This document shows positions 57,055-64,000 of a DNA stretch of 64,000 nucleotides, one piece after another; position 1 is the stretch's first letter, and every line of letters starts with the position of its first letter. A program made the translations under genes and the position numbers. This DNA is from Candidatus Bathyarchaeota archaeon (lineage in GTDB: Archaea; Thermoproteota; Bathyarchaeia; Bathyarchaeales; Bathycorpusculaceae). The stretch is taken from assembly GCA_963826715.1 (NCBI GenBank), contig CAWGYA010000008.1:192001-256000 (forward strand), given 5' to 3'. A model generated the notes under the pieces. It saw only the letters and a list, made by a program, of their open reading frames with translations. It was not told the DNA's origin and searched no databases.

Positions 57055-58317
57055 ATGAACATAACAGAGAAAATCTTAGCCAAAGCCGCAACCAAAAAAG
57101 TTGTGCATCCAGGCGAAATCGTCGACTGCAACGTCGATATGGTAATGGTGCACGATTTAACTGGTCCCTTAGCGGTAGAGGCATTCAAAAAAATAGGTGT
57201 CCCAAAGGTTTGGGATAACGAAAAAGTAGTTGTAATTCTAGATCACCAGGTACCGGCGGAGTCTGTAAAAGCTGCAGAGCTCCATAAAACCATGCGCAAT
57301 TTTGCCAAAGATCAAAACCTCACCTTCTACGACGTTGGTAGAGGTGGCATTTGCCACCAGGTTATGCCTGAAAAAGGACACGTAACTCCAGGGAACGTTA
57401 TCGTTGGTGCAGACAGTCATACTTGCTCCTATGGAGCATTTGGAGCGTTTGCAACAGGTATCGGTTCAACTGAGGCAGCTGCGGTTTTTGCAACAGGTAA
57501 GATCTGGTTCAAAGTGCCTTCGTCAATAAAAGTCAATGTGCAAGGGCAATTCAAAAAATTCGTTACCCCTAAAGACCTAATCCTAAATATCATCGGCACG
57601 TTAGGCGTAGATGGTGCCATATACCGAGCCGTTGAATTCACAGGATCAACTATTGAAGCTATGAGCATGGCAGGCAGAATGACATTATGTAACATGTCGG
57701 TTGAGATGGGTGCTAAAAACGGAATCATCGCCCCCGACTCAGTCACCGAAGAATTCTTAGCGGGCAGAATCAAAAACATGCCAGATTTCAAAGCTTTACA
57801 GAGTGACGAGGATTCAGAGTATGAGCGCACCATAGAATTTGAGGTATCCGAGATGGAACCACAAATAGCTTGTCCGAATTCAGTGGACAACGTTAAGCCC
57901 GTCTCTGAAGTGGGAGATATCCCTGTTGATCAGGTCTTCATCGGTTCCTGCACGAATGGGAGATTGGAAGACCTACGTTTAGCCGCGCAGGTACTTAAAG
58001 GCAGAAAAGTCAAAGATGGGGTCCGTGCATTGGTCATCCCCGCCTCACAGGAAGTCTGGAAACAAGCTAACAAAGAAGGGGTACTGCAGATTTTCACCGA
58101 TGCAGGCGCAATTGTCTGCGGATCGGCCTGCGGACCCTGCTTAGGCGGTCACATAGGGTTGCTAGCAGCGGGCGAATCTTGTGTGTCTACGTCAAACCGC
58201 AACTTCATTGGACGAATGGGCAGTACCCAAGCCAGCGTCTACTTGGCCTCACCTGCAACAGTTGCTGCATCTGCAATCACTGGCAAAATCAGTAGTCCTC
58301 AGGAGGTTAAAACATAA
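57055..58317 (+). CDS. leuC: 3-isopropylmalate dehydratase large subunit
   Basis: GADSHTC, IGSCTNGR, CGPCLG, NRNFIGRMG. Confidence 0.95.
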   Translation: MNITEKILAKAATKKVVHPGEIVDCNVDMVMVHDLTGPLAVEAFKKIGVPKVWDNEKVVVILDHQVPAESVKAAELHKTMRNFAKDQNLTFYDVGRGGICHQVMPEKGHVTPGNVIVGADSHTCSYGAFGAFATGIGSTEAAAVFATGKIWFKVPSSIKVNVQGQFKKFVTPKDLILNIIGTLGVDGAIYRAVEFTGSTIEAMSMAGRMTLCNMSVEMGAKNGIIAPDSVTEEFLAGRIKNMPDFKALQSDEDSEYERTIEFEVSEMEPQIACPNSVDNVKPVSEVGDIPVDQVFIGSCTNGRLEDLRLAAQVLKGRKVKDGVRALVIPASQEVWKQANKEGVLQIFTDAGAIVCGSACGPCLGGHIGLLAAGESCVSTSNRNFIGRMGSTQASVYLASPATVAASAITGKISSPQEVKT

Positions 58318-58820
58318 TGGATAGCAATATTCAAGCAAAAGCTGTAGTATTCGGTAACAACATTGACACAGACGTCATTTTACCTGGCAAGTACCTAATC
58401 CTAGTTGATCCCTACGACTTAGCTAAGCATGCGCTAGAGGGATTAGATACTGACTTCGTAAACAAGGCTAAGGCTGGCGTCATCTTAGTCGGGGGCAAAA
58501 ACTTTGGTTGTGGCTCTAGCCGTGAACAGGCACCCTTGGCACTGAAATACTCAGGAGTGAAATGTGTAATCGCGGAATCTTTCGCTCGAATATTCTTCCG
58601 CAATGCAATCAACATTGGTTTACCTGTAATTGAATGCAAAGGCATATCAAGCGCGGTAAAGAATGGCGACGCATTAGTCATCGACTTTGAAGCCGGTAAA
58701 ATAGAAAACACATCAAATGGCAAAAAGTTTCAAGTCGAAAAACTACCACCCTTCATCCTAAAAATCTTGGCGGATGGTGGATTAATCGAGAATTTAAAAC
58801 GGAGAATGAACAAGAAATGA
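58317..58820 (+). CDS. leuD: 3-isopropylmalate dehydratase small subunit
   Basis: NIDTDVI.PGKYL, NFGCGSSRE, SFARIFFRN. Confidence 0.95.
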   Translation: MDSNIQAKAVVFGNNIDTDVILPGKYLILVDPYDLAKHALEGLDTDFVNKAKAGVILVGGKNFGCGSSREQAPLALKYSGVKCVIAESFARIFFRNAINIGLPVIECKGISSAVKNGDALVIDFEAGKIENTSNGKKFQVEKLPPFILKILADGGLIENLKRRMNKK

Positions 58821-59851
58821 CGGAATACAAAATATCCTTAATTCCAGGCGATGGCATCGGACCAGAACTCTCCGAAGCAACGTTGAAAGTTCTAAATGCG
58901 ACTGAAAAAAAATTCGGGTTAAAATTCAAAATAATTGAAGCTCCAGCGGGCGACATCGCTCTTGAAACACTCGGAGCCGCCCTACCCGCAGACACAGTAG
59001 AGAAAGTCAAGGAATCCCACGCTTGCCTTAAGGGGCCCGTTGGTGAATCCGCAGCTGATGTCATCGTTAAACTCCGGTATATGTTCGACCTGTACGCGAA
59101 CCTTCGCCCAATAAAGACTTATCCCGGCGTTGAAGCAGCACGCCAAAACATCGACATGTACTTTGTCAGAGAAAACACTGAAGATGTCTACAAAGGCTTA
59201 GAATTCACTCTAGGTAACGATACCACAATATGCTTACGTGTTATCACACGTCAAAACTGCACGCGTATCGCACATAAAGCATTCCAAGTGGCACGCCTAA
59301 GGAACGGCAAAAAGAAAGTCACTGCTATTCACAAAGCAAATGTAATGCGTATTACTGACGGATTGTTCCGAGATGTATGCCGTGAAGTCTCAAAAGGCTA
59401 CCCAGACATCACATTCAATGAACTCTACGTTGACGCGGCATCCATGCGCCTGATCAAAGAACCGGAATCCTTTGACGTTTTCTGCACCTGTAACATGTTC
59501 GGTGACATCCTTAGTGATGAAGCTGCACAACTAGTCGGCGGCTTAGGTATGGCGCCAGGAGCAAATGTAGGGGATAACTTCGGCTTATTCGAACCTATCC
59601 ACGGTAGTGCACCTAATCGAACAGGCAAACATACCGCCAATCCATTGTCCATGGTGTTATCTGCTAAGCTGATGCTGGAATGGCTAGGCGAAAAATATAA
59701 CGACCAAAAATGCCTTAAAGCAGCAGTAGCCATAGAGAAGGGTGTAGTCTACGTACTGGAAAACCATCAGGGTGTTCCAGACTTAGGCGGAAAAACCACG
59801 ACCGTGGGAATGGCTGAGGCAATTGCTGCAGCCATGCCTTCGGCTAAATAG
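58817..59851 (+). CDS. leuB: 3-isopropylmalate dehydrogenase
   Basis: GDGIGPE, RENTE, HKANV, NMFGDILSD, EPIHGSAP; within the leu operon. Confidence 0.92.
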   Translation: MTEYKISLIPGDGIGPELSEATLKVLNATEKKFGLKFKIIEAPAGDIALETLGAALPADTVEKVKESHACLKGPVGESAADVIVKLRYMFDLYANLRPIKTYPGVEAARQNIDMYFVRENTEDVYKGLEFTLGNDTTICLRVITRQNCTRIAHKAFQVARLRNGKKKVTAIHKANVMRITDGLFRDVCREVSKGYPDITFNELYVDAASMRLIKEPESFDVFCTCNMFGDILSDEAAQLVGGLGMAPGANVGDNFGLFEPIHGSAPNRTGKHTANPLSMVLSAKLMLEWLGEKYNDQKCLKAAVAIEKGVVYVLENHQGVPDLGGKTTTVGMAEAIAAAMPSAK

Positions 59852-59861
59852 TCGTGTCAAT

Positions 59862-61376
59862 ATGACTGAAACAAGAACCATCCGTATATTAGATACAACT
59901 TTAAGAGACGGGGAACAGACCCCGGGTGTTTCTTTAACCGCTGAAGACAAAATCGAGATTGCTCGCCAACTAAGCAAACTAGGCGTCGACATTATCGAAG
60001 CAGGTTTTCCAAGCTCCTCAGAGGGCGAACGCAAAGTTGTCAAAGAAATTGTTAAAGCAGGTTTAACATCACAAATATGCGCTTTATCTCGTTGCACACG
60101 CAAAGATATCGACGCCGCACTGGAATGTAATGTCGATTTGGTTCACGTTTTCATCCCCACTTCACCAGTGCAAATGAAACACGCCGTCAACATGACTCCC
60201 GAACAGGTCTTGACATCAGCTGTTGAATCCATCGAATATGTCAAGGCGCACGGCGTAAAATGCGAATTCTCACCTATGGACGCTACTCGCACAGAATTGC
60301 AGTTCCTAAAAGAAATCTGCAGAGCCGCACAGAAAGCAGGTATGGACAGCTTAAACGTGCCAGATACTGTCGGGATTATGATACCTAAAACTATGGCTGA
60401 ACTTATTACTGAAATAAAAACCGCTGTAGCTGTTCCAATAAGCATTCACTGTCACAACGATTTTGGTTTAGCAGTCGCCAACAGTTTAGCGGCAGTTGAA
60501 GCAGGCGCCTCTCAAGTTCATACCGCAGTAAACGGATTAGGTGAACGGGCAGGCAATGCAGCGCTCGAAGAAATCGTAACCACGTTACATGTGGTTTATA
60601 ATTATAAAACAAACGTAAACACCCGCTTGCTTTACAGCACTAGCCGCATGGTTGCTTCGCTCACTGGAATAAACGTGCAGGTCAACAAAGCCATAGTTGG
60701 CGAAAACGCCTTTGCTCACGAATCAGGTATCCACACCCGCGGAGTAACCGAGCAGCCCTTGACTTTTGAGCCTATTAGCCCTGAACTTGTTGGCAGAACT
60801 CGTAAACTAGTAGCAGGTAAACTTGCTGGTACTCGCGGCATCAAAGCAGAACTCGAAGAAATCGATATCCATCCCAACGAAGAACAACTAAACGAAATCG
60901 TCAAACGTGTTAAAGATTTAGGCGATAAAGGCAAAATGGTCACCGATGCTGACCTCATAGCGTTGACCTCTGCAGTTATGGGTGAAGTAGTTGGGGAACA
61001 GAAAATTGTTGACCTCTGTGACATGGCTGTAATAACGGGTATTAAAGTCATCCCAACCGCGTCAGTGCGCCTAACACTGGATGGAAAAGAATACGTTGCC
61101 GCCGAAACTGGCGTAGGACCAGTTGATGCAGTACTAAAAGCCATCCAGAAATTAACCAGTAACCTTGAGAAAATTCGTCTCAGTGAATATAGGTTAGAAG
61201 CTATAACAGGTGGTTCTAATGCGGTGGCAGAAGTTGTTATCAAAGTTGAAGATGAAAATGGTAACATTGTCTCTGCGAGAGCTGCCCGAGAAGACATCGT
61301 TATGGCATCTGTTGAAGCAATGATAAACGGTATAAACAAGTGTTTGCTAAAGAATCGCCAGGGCAAAAAATTATGA
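59862..61376 (+). CDS. leuA: 2-isopropylmalate synthase (LeuA/CimA family)
   Basis: LDTTLRDGEQ, HCHNDFG, HESGIH; follows leuCDB. Confidence 0.85.
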   Translation: MTETRTIRILDTTLRDGEQTPGVSLTAEDKIEIARQLSKLGVDIIEAGFPSSSEGERKVVKEIVKAGLTSQICALSRCTRKDIDAALECNVDLVHVFIPTSPVQMKHAVNMTPEQVLTSAVESIEYVKAHGVKCEFSPMDATRTELQFLKEICRAAQKAGMDSLNVPDTVGIMIPKTMAELITEIKTAVAVPISIHCHNDFGLAVANSLAAVEAGASQVHTAVNGLGERAGNAALEEIVTTLHVVYNYKTNVNTRLLYSTSRMVASLTGINVQVNKAIVGENAFAHESGIHTRGVTEQPLTFEPISPELVGRTRKLVAGKLAGTRGIKAELEEIDIHPNEEQLNEIVKRVKDLGDKGKMVTDADLIALTSAVMGEVVGEQKIVDLCDMAVITGIKVIPTASVRLTLDGKEYVAAETGVGPVDAVLKAIQKLTSNLEKIRLSEYRLEAITGGSNAVAEVVIKVEDENGNIVSARAAREDIVMASVEAMINGINKCLLKNRQGKKL

Positions 61377-62185
61377 AGGTAACATACCAGGGCGAATCAG
61401 GAGCCTATAGTGAAATGGCTGTTTACAAGTTCTTCGGAAGCAAAGCGGAGCCAGTGCCCTGCAAGGACTTCCGTGGAGTATTTGAATCTGTGAAAACAAG
61501 TATAGCGCCCCATGGGGTGGTTCCAATCGAAAACTCGATTGAAGGCAGTGTCAACCAAAACTATGACCTTTTTCTGGCATATGATCTAAAGGTCTGCGGG
61601 GAAGTTGCAGTGAAACTCACTCATGTTCTAATCGGCAATTCAGATACTAAATTTACTGACATAAAAACTGTTTATTCACATCCACAGGCGTTAGCTCAGT
61701 GTCGCGGATACCTTGAAAAGCACAGCTGGGAAGTCATCCCAGCCTACGATACCGCTGGAGCCGTTAAAATTATCAAGGAACAGTGCATAACTGATGCCGC
61801 TGCAATTGCAAGCGAAAAAGCAGCCGAAATCTACAGCATGAAAATTCTCGCCCGTGATATCGCTGACAATCCCTCTAACTACACCCGCTTCCTAGTTCTC
61901 GGTCTAGAAGACTCCGCCCCCACAGGAGATGACAAAACCAGCATCATATTCTCAGCCAAGCATGAACCTGGAACACTCTACCATGCACTCGGAGAATTCG
62001 CTTCACGCAACATCAACCTTACTAAAATTGAGTCTCGCCCCACCAAAACTACCGCATGGCAATACAACTTCTTCCTTGACTTCGAAGGTCACAGAATAGA
62101 AAAACGTTGTATTGATGCAATAGCGGCACTTGAAAAATACGCGACATTCGTTAAGATTCTGGGCTCTTACCCAAGAGTAATATAA
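61373..62185 (+). CDS. pheA: Prephenate dehydratase
   Basis: GAYSE, PIENSIEG, SHPQALAQC, NYTRF, LTKIESRP ACT domain. Confidence 0.96.
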   Translation: MKVTYQGESGAYSEMAVYKFFGSKAEPVPCKDFRGVFESVKTSIAPHGVVPIENSIEGSVNQNYDLFLAYDLKVCGEVAVKLTHVLIGNSDTKFTDIKTVYSHPQALAQCRGYLEKHSWEVIPAYDTAGAVKIIKEQCITDAAAIASEKAAEIYSMKILARDIADNPSNYTRFLVLGLEDSAPTGDDKTSIIFSAKHEPGTLYHALGEFASRNINLTKIESRPTKTTAWQYNFFLDFEGHRIEKRCIDAIAALEKYATFVKILGSYPRVI

Positions 62186-62225
62186 TTAACCAATAATTGA
62201 AACCTACTGCCTGATTACTTATCGA

Positions 62226-62693
62226 TTATTCTGTTAAATGTTTGATTTTGTCATAGATGTCCGCGGGCTTGATCGGTTCGCCGCAATGTTTGCAGATTAG
62301 AAGTTTGCCTTTAGTTGGGATATCCAACATGCCGCCACATTTTGGGCAGGCAAACGCCTCTGCCACGATACCCGCCTCATCAAGGAAGTTACGTAACGAT
62401 ATAAAATCTGTTAGGGTAGTCCTGAGGTCTGTTGAGGCTGTTATTTCTTCCTCTTCAGATAGCTCTTCTTCACCTTCTGATTCAAAAGCACTAGAAAAAA
62501 GAGCGTGTGCACAAGTTGTGCATAGCTTCTTTCCAGCATACTCCGGAAAATCCCTACGCCTACCCCATTTTGAGGAACCAATCACGTACCAGCGAATATA
62601 ACCTTGCGTTAGTTGCTTATTCCAAAACACCATCTTCCGCTCGTGCCACTCGAGTCCTTTACCGCATTGAGCACAGGTTTCAGTTTGAGTCAT
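62226..62693 (-). CDS. Double zinc-ribbon hypothetical protein
   Basis: CAQC...CTTC and CPKC...CKHC separated by an acidic linker. Confidence 0.7.
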   Translation of the reverse strand: MTQTETCAQCGKGLEWHERKMVFWNKQLTQGYIRWYVIGSSKWGRRRDFPEYAGKKLCTTCAHALFSSAFESEGEEELSEEEEITASTDLRTTLTDFISLRNFLDEAGIVAEAFACPKCGGMLDIPTKGKLLICKHCGEPIKPADIYDKIKHLTE

Positions 62694-63113
62694 GTTGAGT
62701 AAATTTGGGTGTGGGAGTAATTAGATTTTACGCTAAAACTTAACAAGAAAAAAATAACTAAGGTTTTTAGTTTTTTGAAGTTTATACGATTTTGTGTCAT
62801 TTAAGAAATATACTTTTTAATGTATATTATTCGTTAGGATAAAAAATGACAATTTAGTTGGTTCCAACTTTTCCTCAATGACCATAATTTTGCAGACCCA
62901 AACATAGAACTTGATAATGGGGTTTATGAGAAAAACACCCCATTACTAAATAGACATAGAAAAACAATGTAACAGCCTAAATCAAACCATTTCTTAAAGA
63001 AAGTAGCAGCAATTAAAGACTTAACAATCACTAAAAAAGAACCGCACAATTAGGGTTTAACTCTTAAAGAATGCATAAATGCCTTTTGAGAGGTTGACAG
63101 TCCTTAGCAAAAA

Positions 63114-63746
63114 TTAGACACCTAGACGTTTTACGTTATTTGCATAGAAATTATCGAGGATTTTGTGTCCTTCAGGGTGAATTTCGTTTTCAATAGATAT
63201 GCATTCGGGATGGAATTGCACGCCGAAAAAAAGTTTTGTTTTATGTTTGACGGCTTCGACTTCGCAACTTGCGGAGTCAGCCAACAAATTAAAGCCTGCG
63301 GCGTTGAGACTGTCTTTAAGGACGTAGTCTTTATTGCATTCTGCCAGGGGAACAGCTTGACCTCTTTTGAATCTGGAAAGTATGTCTCCTGTTTGGATTA
63401 TGTTAACCTGCTCGAAACGGTTAAGGATCGGTTGGGGCAGTGCTTCTGTTTTGGAGCCGAATGCCATGCAAAGTAGCTGATGCCCAAAATCTATTCCTAA
63501 AAGGGGTACTGTACAGGTTTTGATGAGATGTGTTACTCCGCCAAATTTTGCCTTATCTTGAGGGTTTGTTATTCGGGCGTCTGAACCGCTGAGAACTACC
63601 GCAGCGATATCACCTACCATTTGGTAGTCCTTCTCGATTTTATTATAGGGAACTATTTTGCAGATAGTAAAGTTGCTTAATGCGTCATACAATTGGTTGA
63701 TTTTTGAGCTTTCAATGTAGCAATTTACGAGTAAAGTCTTGGTCAT
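63114..63746 (-). CDS. Class I glutamine amidotransferase-like protein lacking the catalytic Cys
   Basis: LSGS, LGIDFGHQ (normally GICxGHQ), GVQFHPE. Confidence 0.85.
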   Translation of the reverse strand: MTKTLLVNCYIESSKINQLYDALSNFTICKIVPYNKIEKDYQMVGDIAAVVLSGSDARITNPQDKAKFGGVTHLIKTCTVPLLGIDFGHQLLCMAFGSKTEALPQPILNRFEQVNIIQTGDILSRFKRGQAVPLAECNKDYVLKDSLNAAGFNLLADSASCEVEAVKHKTKLFFGVQFHPECISIENEIHPEGHKILDNFYANNVKRLGV

Positions 63747-63748
63747 AT

Positions 63749-64000
63749 CTACTCCTCAGTTGACTGAAGCATCTTATACATCACGTCATAGCTTTTGCCA
63801 TATTCGCTGTCCGCCTTCGCCATTTTTGCTCTCAGCTTATTCATACGCTCAACTATAGTGGCTGAATCTTTTTTCTTCATCAACTCCAGCCATTCTTCGG
63901 CTTTGGTTATGAATAGTTCTTCGATTTTTTCCAGCCCAGCCAGTTTGGTTTGAACGTTGGCATAGAGGTCAGGGGTCTCTAAAGCGGTGGCTTCCGCCAG
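63749..64000 (-). CDS. Probable prephenate dehydrogenase, C-terminal part (runs off window)
   Basis: Open 83 codons LAEATALETPDLYANVQ... resembling the TyrA dimerisation helices; near pheA. Confidence 0.55.
   Translation of the reverse strand: MAEATALETPDLYANVQTKLAGLEKIEELFITKAEEWLELMKKKDSATIVERMNKLRAKMAKADSEYGKSYDVMYKMLQSTEE

Noticed and set aside
1-64000. CRISPR array, rRNA, transposase, integrase or provirus
   Set aside because: No regularly spaced repeats, rRNA-like tract or mobility motifs seen; the tRNA 3' end has no visible duplicated att copy

Overview
Archaeal chromosomal window, most consistent with a Bathyarchaeia/TACK-type genome (inferred from archaeal r-proteins L19e/L32e/S4e, Spt5, DtdA, Rnp1, a BHB tRNA intron and frequent TTG starts). 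It holds mainly core genes: the secE-spt5-rpl11-rpl1 cluster; an rpl22-to-secY/cmk ribosomal cluster that is interrupted by inserted genes and encodes several r-proteins with long low-complexity tails; hypF-hypC-hypD and a convergent hypE; tRNA-Met with an intron at 45/46; and a large ilv/leu/cimA-pheA cluster. A variable region at about 3.3-21.7 kb carries redox genes, a frameshifted ABC exporter, a frameshifted fungal/Bacteroidota-type ilvC, an orphan inactive RecA-fold gene, an ECF S-component plus AIR-synthase-like pair, and a locus of three GT2 genes, a radical SAM gene and two small membrane proteins. That GT2/radical-SAM locus and the ECF/AIR-synthase pair are the best candidates for uncharacterised systems. 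No CRISPR array, rRNA, transposase or integrase was seen. All family calls come from motif recognition by eye, not from database searches.
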